Assembly (NCBI GenBank): GCA_026415435.1
Contig: JAOAHC010000045.1
Span: 61,090-93,089, forward strand
Length of the DNA stretch: 32,000 nucleotides
Source of the DNA: Clostridia bacterium
GTDB taxonomy: Bacteria; Bacillota; Clostridia; TANB77; CAG-465
Direction of reading: 5' to 3'
Positions 8,071-14,675 of this stretch are shown in pieces; position 1 is the first letter of the stretch; the number at the start of each line of letters is the position of its first letter. Position numbers and translations under genes: made by a program. Below the pieces are notes generated by a model that was given only the letters and a program-made list of their open reading frames with translations, had not been told where the DNA came from and made no database searches.

Positions 8071-8808
8071 TTAATTTCCAATTATATCAAGTATTTTATT
8101 TGCAATTTTTATGCTTGTATTTACAATACTTGTTTTTTCTGTATTTAATGTATAAATTAGATTGGAATGTTTTTTAAAAAATATATTATTTTGAGTTATA
8201 GCTTGGTTATAATTGTTTAATGTCTCATAATTTGTCCATTTGTTTGGTAAAAGAGACAATGTATTAAAATGTTTGCGCTTTAAACATGTTAGAACGTTAC
8301 ACTTTTGTATTATTAATAAATCTACTTTTCTGTCAGCCAATACACTAGTATAATCTTCTAAATATTTGTCAGTCATATTACTATCAGAAAATGCTTTAAG
8401 CCAGTTAAATTCATCATTAATACCTCTATCAAATATTATAATATCAACATTTAATTTAGATGCATAATCAAATATAGCCTTCTTTTCTTCAATTACTAGT
8501 TTTGTATAATCTAAACTATTAGTTTCTTTTTTCTTTGTGTAATCATTATTTATTATCTTAGTAATATCAACGTGCTCCTCATCAACTACCTCAACGCTAT
8601 AGTTATATTTTCTAAAAAAATCAGCAACCATTGTGATACAACTTGTTTTACCACTTCTAGCTGGTCCCATAAATTCTATAATGAATGGTTTTGAAATACT
8701 AGTTGATTTTTTCTTTCTTTTGATTTTCTTATTTAATTTAAATAATTGATTATAAAGTTCAGAGTTTTCCTTAAATACGATATCTTTTATAAAATTAGAT
8801 TCAGACAT
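8071..8808 (-). CDS. P-loop NTPase, nucleoside/nucleotide-kinase-like
   Basis: Strong RBS (TAGGAGGA). Walker A is FMGPARSGKTS. The hydrophobic strand plus DR motif (DIIIFDRGINDEF) resembles the dNK/TMK kinase fold. No closer family is recognised. Confidence 0.55.
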   Translation of the reverse strand: MSESNFIKDIVFKENSELYNQLFKLNKKIKRKKKSTSISKPFIIEFMGPARSGKTSCITMVADFFRKYNYSVEVVDEEHVDITKIINNDYTKKKETNSLDYTKLVIEEKKAIFDYASKLNVDIIIFDRGINDEFNWLKAFSDSNMTDKYLEDYTSVLADRKVDLLIIQKCNVLTCLKRKHFNTLSLLPNKWTNYETLNNYNQAITQNNIFFKKHSNLIYTLNTEKTSIVNTSIKIANKILDIIGN

Positions 8809-8940
8809 AAAATCCTCCTAAGGTAGAAAATGTTTAATAAAATTATTATACCATAAAAATATAAAAAGAAAATACTTTAATTAGTATAGTTAGTTACATT
8901 TAGACTAAATTAAGGAACTACAATCCTAAAAACAAAGAAG

Positions 8941-8969
8941 TTGACATAATTATAAAGATATGATATAAT
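8941..8969 (+). promoter_or_regulatory. consensus sigma-A promoter
   Basis: TTGACA-N17-TATAAT, a perfect match, about 75 nt upstream of the 9045 micro-ORF. Confidence 0.65.
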
Positions 8970-9044
8970 TTAATAAAATATAATTGAATAATTAGATGAT
9001 AATCTAAGAATATATCTGAAAAAAATGTTAGAGGAGGAAGATAA

Positions 9045-9128
9045 ATGTATTTAGAAAATCAAAGATTAGATCATGATGATGATTGTGCCAGCAGAAGGGG
9101 TCACGAATGTGACTGTGGTGTAGACTAG
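9045..9128 (+). CDS. 27-aa Cys/His/Asp-rich micropeptide candidate
   Basis: Below the ORF-track cutoff. GAGGAGGAAG lies 4 nt upstream of the ATG. Translation is MYLENQRLDHDDDCASRRGHECDCGVD*. A consensus promoter lies upstream and a 13-bp hairpin terminator lies downstream. Confidence 0.45.
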   Translation: MYLENQRLDHDDDCASRRGHECDCGVD

Positions 9129-9146
9129 TTTTTAAATTAAAAGAAC

Positions 9147-9186
9147 AGACATAGAATTCTTTAATATGAATTCTATGTCTTATTTT
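9147..9186. terminator. bidirectional rho-independent terminator
   Basis: AGACATAGAATTC-TTTAATAT-GAATTCTATGTCT perfect 13-bp stem, with a T-run on the plus strand. On the minus strand it sits directly downstream of tRNA-Glu(CUC). Confidence 0.8.
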
Positions 9187-9261
9187 TGGTGACCCATACG
9201 AGAATCGAACTCGTCACTTGGCCTTGAGAGGGCCACGTCTTAACCGATTGACCAATGGGCC
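9187..9261 (-). tRNA. tRNA-Glu (anticodon CUC)
   Basis: The reverse complement is GGCCCATTGGTCAATCGGTTAAGACGTGGCCCTCTCAAGGCCAAGTGACGAGTTCGATTCTCGTATGGGTCACCA. Anticodon stem is TGGCC/GGCCA with loop CTCTCAA. It aligns position-for-position with the UUC isoacceptor at 14320-14394. Confidence 0.85.
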
Positions 9262-9273
9262 ATTTACTACAAT

Positions 9274-9302
9274 ATTTTAACATAAGTTTTTGAAAAAAGC
9301 AA
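9274..9302 (-). promoter_or_regulatory. sigma-A-type promoter for tRNA-Glu(CUC)
   Basis: On the minus strand, TTGCTT-N17-TAAAAT ends 12 nt upstream of the tRNA 5' end. Confidence 0.5.
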
Positions 9303-9355
9303 TTAAAACACAAATAATTTTGTATCAACTAAATCATTTGTGTTTTACATTTTTA

Positions 9356-9865
9356 CTATGTTCCAGTACTACCAATGCCGCCTTGTCTTATTGCATCTGT
9401 ATTTCCTTCGTCAGCAACAAGGAATTTTTGGAAGTATGCTTGCCCAATTCTATCACCTTTTTTTATAACTAAATCTGTTGGAAAAAAGTTATAATATTGA
9501 AAAATTATATTTCCATCATTACTAGGATTACTATAATAATCACATTCAAATATTCCTATACTATTAGCCATAATAAGGCCCATCTTTGAAGGACCAGAAC
9601 TTCTATTTGCAATTATCATAACTTCGTCTTCACCAAAATACGCTTTTAGACCAGTTTTTATAGCAGTTGGTTTAACTTCTAAATAATCAGTATTTCCACT
9701 TATAAATCTTTTTGCGTTTTCAAAAATAACTTTCCATATAGATGGTATTGTTATATCTTCAGGCGCTTCTATATCATAAGCGACGGAATGCTTTGATTGT
9801 CTTTTTGGTAGACTTAAATTTTTATCTTCATATCCTTTACATATTTCAAATCCTCTTGTTCTCAT
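9356..9865 (-). CDS. dut: dUTP diphosphatase (trimeric dUTPase family)
   Basis: ORF-track 9356..9916. ATG at 9865 follows AAGGAGTG. All five dUTPase motifs are recognisable: AYDIEAP, ANRSSGPSK, GIFECDYYSN, GDRIGQAYF and RQGGIGSTG. Confidence 0.8.
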   Translation of the reverse strand: MRTRGFEICKGYEDKNLSLPKRQSKHSVAYDIEAPEDITIPSIWKVIFENAKRFISGNTDYLEVKPTAIKTGLKAYFGEDEVMIIANRSSGPSKMGLIMANSIGIFECDYYSNPSNDGNIIFQYYNFFPTDLVIKKGDRIGQAYFQKFLVADEGNTDAIRQGGIGSTGT

Positions 9866-9917
9866 AAAATCACTCCTTAAAAAATAAAATTCGTACATAC
9901 ATACGAATTTTATCATA

Positions 9918-10802
9918 TTATCTTATATTTTGCAAGCGTTCAATTCTTTTTTCTATAGGTGGATGTGTTGAAAACAACTCACTGATTTCACCTCTTGAAT
10001 TCATTGCTTTAAGTGGATTAATTATGTACATATGAGCCGTGGCTTTATTTGCTGTACCTAAAATATCACGATCTCCACTTATTTTTATTAATGCATCTAT
10101 TAATCCTTGAGGATTTCTAGTTATTTCAACAGCAGAAGCATCTGCTAAATATTCTCTTTTTCTAGATAATGCAAGTTGCATTAGACTGGCAAATATCGGA
10201 GATAGTATAAGAGCAATAAGCCCCACTATCATAAGTATTGCTCCGCCTTTTTCGTTATCATCTGAGCGTCGCACTCTAAAATGTAAAAATATATCTGAAA
10301 GCATAACTATAAGCCCTACAAATATTGTTACTACTGTTGAAAGCAATATGTCATAATTTTTTATATGTGATAATTCGTGCGCCATAACACCTTCTAACTC
10401 ATATTTATCTAGTTTTTCGATAATTCCAGTTGTAAAACATATAACTGCATTTTGAGGATTTCTTCCAGTTGCAAATGCATTAGGAGAAGGATCATCTATT
10501 ACGTATAGTTTTGGTCTTGGAAGACCAGAAGCAATACATAAATTATCTAAAATATTATTTAAAAGTCTATATTCTTCTTCAGTTGCCTCCCTTGCACCAT
10601 GTAATGAAAGCACTATTTTATCTGAGTTATAGTAAGTAAAAATAGATGCACAAATTGAAAATGCAAGAGCAATTGCCACAGAAGCTATTCCAAGTTCAAA
10701 GTATTGGCAAACAAAATATACTATAAGTGTTACTACTATTAAAAAAACTGTAATTATGATTGTCGATTCAATCTTATTACTTCTTACATCTTTTAGTATC
10801 AT
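9918..10802 (-). CDS. htpX: HtpX-type M48 zinc metalloprotease
   Basis: HELSHI zinc motif, four TM segments, a downstream E..AD ligand region (REYLADASAVEITRNP) and a C-terminal STHPPIEKRI. Confidence 0.9.
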   Translation of the reverse strand: MILKDVRSNKIESTIIITVFLIVVTLIVYFVCQYFELGIASVAIALAFSICASIFTYYNSDKIVLSLHGAREATEEEYRLLNNILDNLCIASGLPRPKLYVIDDPSPNAFATGRNPQNAVICFTTGIIEKLDKYELEGVMAHELSHIKNYDILLSTVVTIFVGLIVMLSDIFLHFRVRRSDDNEKGGAILMIVGLIALILSPIFASLMQLALSRKREYLADASAVEITRNPQGLIDALIKISGDRDILGTANKATAHMYIINPLKAMNSRGEISELFSTHPPIEKRIERLQNIR

Positions 10803-10815
10803 ATTACATCACCAA

Positions 10816-11364
10816 CTAAAATTGTACTTTAACTGGTTCTTTTTGTGATGCATCTTCAATTTCAAAGAAGTTTTCTGATGTGAAATTAAACATACCAGCT
10901 ATCATGTTAGAAGGAAATGATAATATAGCAGTATTATACATTTGCACAGTATCGTTATAAAATTGTCTTGCATAAGCTATTTTATCTTCTGTTGAAGAAA
11001 GCTCCATTTGAAGATTTTCAAAATTTTTGTTTGCTTTAAGATCTGGATATGCCTCAGCAAGTGCAAATATCGATTTTAAAGAAGCGTTTAGCATATTTGT
11101 AGCTGCTGCTTTATCTTCAACACCATCTGCAGAAACATATTTATTTCTTGCTTCAATTACTTTTTCTAATGTTTCTTGTTCATATTCTTTATATCCTTTA
11201 ACAGTTTCAACTAAATTTGGTATAAGGTCAAACCTTCTTTTTAGTTGAGTGTCAATTTGAGCCCATGCATTTCTTACACGCATTTTAAGTTGTACTAAAT
11301 TATTGTAAATACCTATTACAATTATTACAATAAGAGCTATTATTCCTAAAATAATCCATACCAT
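10816..11364 (-). CDS. lemA: LemA family protein
   Basis: N-terminal TM helix, then YNNLVQLKMRVRNAWAQIDTQLKRRFDLIPNLVETVKGY and ...ARQFYNDTVQMYNTAILSFPSN, which are classic LemA motifs. It sits upstream of htpX, as in many bacteria. Confidence 0.9.
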   Translation of the reverse strand: MVWIILGIIALIVIIVIGIYNNLVQLKMRVRNAWAQIDTQLKRRFDLIPNLVETVKGYKEYEQETLEKVIEARNKYVSADGVEDKAAATNMLNASLKSIFALAEAYPDLKANKNFENLQMELSSTEDKIAYARQFYNDTVQMYNTAILSFPSNMIAGMFNFTSENFFEIEDASQKEPVKVQF

Positions 11365-11564
11365 AATGTTACCTCCTTATATATAAAACATTATACTATA
11401 TATTGTATCATTTTATTTTATATTATTCAAGGTCTTGTAAAAATATTATAGTTTAAGGATAAGATGAGTGTAATATAAATATAATATTAAGTTAAAAAGT
11501 AGAGATTGTCTTAGCAAAATGTGTATAAATTGCACAACATTTAGAGATTAAAGAATATATGAAT

Positions 11565-11593
11565 TTGACAAAACATAAAAAATGTAGTATAAT
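11565..11593 (+). promoter_or_regulatory. consensus sigma-A promoter
   Basis: TTGACA-N17-TATAAT, about 30 nt upstream of the 11626 start. Confidence 0.6.
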
Positions 11594-11625
11594 AATAGTA
11601 TCCCGATTTTTAAGGAGGGGAATTT

Positions 11626-12699
11626 GTGAAAGTAGATAAGGCACATATAATAAGAAAATCATTTATTGTTATAACTCTTATTTTAATAGTCGCTACAACA
11701 GGTTTATTTTTAGTTTCATTTCAAGTAAAAAAAGTTAGTGTTAACTACTTTGGTGAAACTAAGAGTGTAAAAACTTTGGCTACAACAGTTCAAAGTTTTA
11801 TACTTGAAAATAAGATAACTTTATCTGAAAACATGATAGTAGAGCCTGCTTTGAATGAAAAAATAGAAAAAAATACTCAGATTAAAATTTATTCGAAAGA
11901 TACAGTTGCAAAAATTGAGATTAGTAAACTTTATGAAGGATATTCTCCTACAATTGCTAAAGTTGAAGAAGTTGTTGATGTAATTGGATTTAAAGAAGAA
12001 CAAATAAATAATGCCTCGATAAATAGAGGTACAACAAAAGTAGTTACTGAAGGTAAAAATGGTGAAAAGGTAACTAGATATGTTGTAAAATATAATGGGA
12101 GTACAGAGATATATAGAGCTCAAATAGATTCTAAAGTAACCTCTGAACCTCAAAACAAAGTAATAGAAATTGGTACAAGATTAAATAATACAGTTTCAAG
12201 AAGTGCAACAGTGATATCACCAAGTGCTTTAGAAACAGATGCAAACTTTAAACAATATAATATTAAACTTCCAGTAGAACAACAAAAATATGCATATAAT
12301 ATGTGTAAACAGTATGGAATACAATATGAATTATTCCTAGCTATGATGTACAAAGAAAGTGGATACAATCCGAGTGCAATAGGTGGTGGAAACTCATATG
12401 GTTTAACTCAAATACACATATCAAACCATGCTAAATTAAGAATTAAATTAGGAATAAGCAACTTTTTAGATCCATATGATAATATAAAAGCTGGAGCATA
12501 TATGCTAGCTTTATATTTCGGATCTGCAAGAAAAATGGCTGGTGATGACGCCATAGTTGAGGTCTATGCACTTAATTGTTATAATATGGGTGAAAGTTCA
12601 TATTTTAATAATTGTTACAGTAAAGGTATTGTAAATAGAGGCTATAGTACATCAATTAGAGGGTTTAGAGATAGACTTATATCGACAGGTGGAATATAA
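11626..12699 (+). CDS. membrane-anchored G5-domain protein with a C-terminal lytic-transglycosylase (SLT-like) domain
   Basis: GTG start 5 nt after AAGGAGGGG. N-terminal TM helix. G5-like segment: RGTTKVVTEGKNGEKVTRYVVKYNGSTEIYRAQIDSKVTSEPQNKVIEIGTR. SLT-like motifs: MYKESGYNPSAIG...YGLTQI...AGAYML. Its position upstream of rsmA mirrors yabE-ksgA in Bacillus. Confidence 0.8.
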   Translation: MKVDKAHIIRKSFIVITLILIVATTGLFLVSFQVKKVSVNYFGETKSVKTLATTVQSFILENKITLSENMIVEPALNEKIEKNTQIKIYSKDTVAKIEISKLYEGYSPTIAKVEEVVDVIGFKEEQINNASINRGTTKVVTEGKNGEKVTRYVVKYNGSTEIYRAQIDSKVTSEPQNKVIEIGTRLNNTVSRSATVISPSALETDANFKQYNIKLPVEQQKYAYNMCKQYGIQYELFLAMMYKESGYNPSAIGGGNSYGLTQIHISNHAKLRIKLGISNFLDPYDNIKAGAYMLALYFGSARKMAGDDAIVEVYALNCYNMGESSYFNNCYSKGIVNRGYSTSIRGFRDRLISTGGI

Positions 12700-12765
12700 T
12701 AGTTAATTTGTAAATGAATAATTGTCAGCTACACTGGCAATTATTTCTATATTATAGGAGAAAGT

Positions 12766-13617
12766 ATGAATAGTTTAAATTTTACTAATAAAATAATGAA
12801 TAAATATAATATAAAAGCTAATAAAAAGTATGGGCAAAATTTTTTAATTAATGATAGTATACTGGAAAATATATCTAATATTTCAGAATTATCAATGGAT
12901 GATCTAGTTATAGAGATAGGTCCGGGTTTAGGCAATTTAACTGAGTATATTATAGATAAAGTTGGTCATATGATACTTGTAGAAATCGATAAAAATATGA
13001 TAGATGTTTTAACAGAAAGATTTATGGGTAAAAACTATACTTTGTTAAATGAAGATATTCTTAATATAAATATTGATGAAGTTATAGAAAATATTTCTTT
13101 ACAATTAGGTAAACAATTTAAAAATATTAAACTTATTGCAAATCTACCATATTATATAACCACTCCTATTATATTTAAGATATTAGAGCAATCTAAATTA
13201 ATAGACACTGTAGTCATAATGGTACAAAAGGAAGTAGCTGAAAGAATAGTGGCAAAACCAAGAACTAAGGATTATGGAATACTTACAATTATGGTTGATT
13301 ATTATGCTGATTCAAAAATTGAGATTATTGTACCAAATAGTTGTTTTATACCAGCACCTAATGTTACATCTGCAGTGGTTAGTTTAAAAGTTAGAAGTAA
13401 ATACAATGTTAAAAATACTAAGATTTTTTATGAGTTAGTGCATAAAGCATTTGAACAAAGAAGAAAGAAACTATCCAATTCGCTTACATCTACAAGATTT
13501 ATGAATATGGATAAACAATCAATAACTAAGTTACTTGAATCGTCAGGTCTTGGTGAAAATTGCAGGGCAGAAGAAATATCAGTAGAAAAGTATGTTGAAA
13601 TTTCAAATATGCTATAA
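12766..13617 (+). CDS. rsmA: 16S rRNA (adenine1518/1519-N6)-dimethyltransferase
   Basis: KKYGQNFLINDSIL, the SAM motif VIEIGPGLGNLT, and IANLPYYITTPII are canonical KsgA/RsmA motifs. Confidence 0.95.
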   Translation: MNSLNFTNKIMNKYNIKANKKYGQNFLINDSILENISNISELSMDDLVIEIGPGLGNLTEYIIDKVGHMILVEIDKNMIDVLTERFMGKNYTLLNEDILNINIDEVIENISLQLGKQFKNIKLIANLPYYITTPIIFKILEQSKLIDTVVIMVQKEVAERIVAKPRTKDYGILTIMVDYYADSKIEIIVPNSCFIPAPNVTSAVVSLKVRSKYNVKNTKIFYELVHKAFEQRRKKLSNSLTSTRFMNMDKQSITKLLESSGLGENCRAEEISVEKYVEISNML

Positions 13618-13620
13618 CAA

Positions 13621-13839
13621 TTAATTAAAATATTGATTTATTAGAGAAGTAAAACTCTCTAATAAATTTTTTTTTAATTTTAGTTCTTTTTGTAATATTC
13701 CAGAAATATTTATGCTAGTATCATAATTTCCTTTTAATTTGCGTTTTAGTCTCTTTATTTTAATATTTAATCTTATTATTAATATAACAACTATAATTTG
13801 AACCATGGAATTTAAAATAATTAAAGCAAAAAAATACAT
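13621..13839 (-). CDS. hypothetical 72-aa single-pass membrane protein
   Basis: ORF-track 13621..13905. The internal ATG at 13839 follows AGGGTGA at 7-nt spacing. Hydrophobic N-terminus (MYFFALIILNSMVQIIVVILII) followed by a basic tail. Confidence 0.4.
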   Translation of the reverse strand: MYFFALIILNSMVQIIVVILIIRLNIKIKRLKRKLKGNYDTSINISGILQKELKLKKNLLESFTSLINQYFN

Positions 13840-13959
13840 TAACAAATCACCCTTTAAATATATTATATCATAAAAAAATAATTTAGCAATATAAATGTTA
13901 TGCATACATAATAAAATTATTGTAGTAAAATATATTTATAGGAATGCGAGGTCATTAAG

Positions 13960-14148
13960 ATGAGAAAATTTAAAGTTCCAGTTGTTCCTAGAACAACAAA
14001 TAAGTGTATAAGAATGCCAAATGATATAATTGCAAAAATAGAATCTGAAATAGAAGGAAAAGACTGCTCTTTTACAGCTTTTGTAATAGAAGCTTGTAAA
14101 GTTGCTTTAGATAATATAGAAGAAAGTAAAAAACAAAAATCGAAATAA
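13960..14148 (+). CDS. small ribbon-helix-helix-like DNA-binding protein (putative)
   Basis: RBS GAGGT. The 62-aa product has CIRMPNDIIAKIESEIEG..SFTAFVIEACKVAL, which fits a beta-strand/helix/helix (CopG/Arc-like) pattern. A hairpin terminator (AAATCGAAATA..TATTTCGATTT) overlaps the stop. Confidence 0.45.
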   Translation: MRKFKVPVVPRTTNKCIRMPNDIIAKIESEIEGKDCSFTAFVIEACKVALDNIEESKKQKSK

Positions 14149-14237
14149 TTAATATTTCGATTTTTGTTTTACTATTTAAAATAAAAATTACATAAATAAA
14201 AAATCAAACCAATATATAAAAAGTTTGATTTTTATGT

Positions 14238-14313
14238 TGGAGCTGAAAGTCAGAATCGAACTGACGACCTACGGTTTACAAGACCGTTGCTCTACCTGCT
14301 GAGCTATTCCAGC
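14238..14313 (-). tRNA. tRNA-Thr (anticodon UGU)
   Basis: The reverse complement is GCTGGAATAGCTCAGCAGGTAGAGCAACGGTCTTGTAAACCGTAGGTCGTCAGTTCGATTCTGACTTTCAGCTCCA. Anticodon stem is ACGGT/ACCGT with loop CTTGTAA. Confidence 0.85.
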
Positions 14314-14319
14314 GCATAT

Positions 14320-14394
14320 TGGTGACCCGTACGAGAGTCGAACTCGTCACTTCGCCGTGAAAGGGCGATGTCTTAGCCGATTGACCAACGGGCC
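14320..14394 (-). tRNA. tRNA-Glu (anticodon UUC)
   Basis: The reverse complement is GGCCCGTTGGTCAATCGGCTAAGACATCGCCCTTTCACGGCGAAGTGACGAGTTCGACTCTCGTACGGGTCACCA. Anticodon loop is CTTTCAC. Confidence 0.9.
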
Positions 14395-14401
14395 ATTTTT
14401 A

Positions 14402-14477
14402 TGGTGAGCTATCCGCGATTCGAACGCGGGACAACTTCATTAAAAGTGAAGTGCTCTGCCAGCTGAGCTAATAGCCC
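14402..14477 (-). tRNA. tRNA-Lys (anticodon UUU)
   Basis: The reverse complement is GGGCTATTAGCTCAGCTGGCAGAGCACTTCACTTTTAATGAAGTTGTCCCGCGTTCGAATCGCGGATAGCTCACCA. Anticodon stem is CTTCA/TGAAG with loop CTTTTAA. Confidence 0.9.
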
Positions 14478-14497
14478 ATAAAAACGATTGCTAATAT

Positions 14498-14526
14498 ATG
14501 ATACAATATTTTTTAAAAAATGTCAA
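14498..14526 (-). promoter_or_regulatory. sigma-A promoter of the Lys-Glu-Thr tRNA operon
   Basis: On the minus strand, TTGACA-N17-TATCAT lies about 20 nt upstream of the tRNA-Lys 5' end. Confidence 0.6.
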
Positions 14527-14627
14527 GTATTTTTTTAGAAAAAATAAAAAAATAATATAATTATACAGACAATTCTAGATAAAAATGCATATTTATGGAA
14601 AATACACTATAAAATATCAAAAATATA

Positions 14628-14656
14628 TTGACAATAATGGAATAATATGTTAAAAT
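14628..14656 (+). promoter_or_regulatory. sigma-A-type promoter of the T4SS-like operon
   Basis: TTGACA-N17-TAAAAT, 20 nt upstream of the TTG start at 14676. Confidence 0.55.
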
Positions 14657-14675
14657 TGTTTTAGGTGATTAGTTC

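Noticed and set aside
9290-9472. 60-aa plus-strand ORF overlapping the dUTPase 3' end.
   Set aside because: It overlaps the motif-complete dUTPase gene on the opposite strand and covers the tRNA-Glu promoter region. It has no RBS.
12747-12935. 62-aa minus-strand ORF over the rsmA start. A similar case at 24477-24677 lies over the VanW-family gene start, and another at 29236-29448 over the start of the 29402 gene.
   Set aside because: Each is antisense to the RBS and start region of a supported gene. None has translation signals.
14238-14477. The tRNA Thr-Glu-Lys operon as the integration site of the T4SS-like module.
   Set aside because: The module abuts the promoter (5') side of the tRNA operon, not the 3' ends where integrases usually act. 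No integrase is present, and I found no duplicated tRNA 3' segment by eye to the right. This cannot be excluded without a repeat search.
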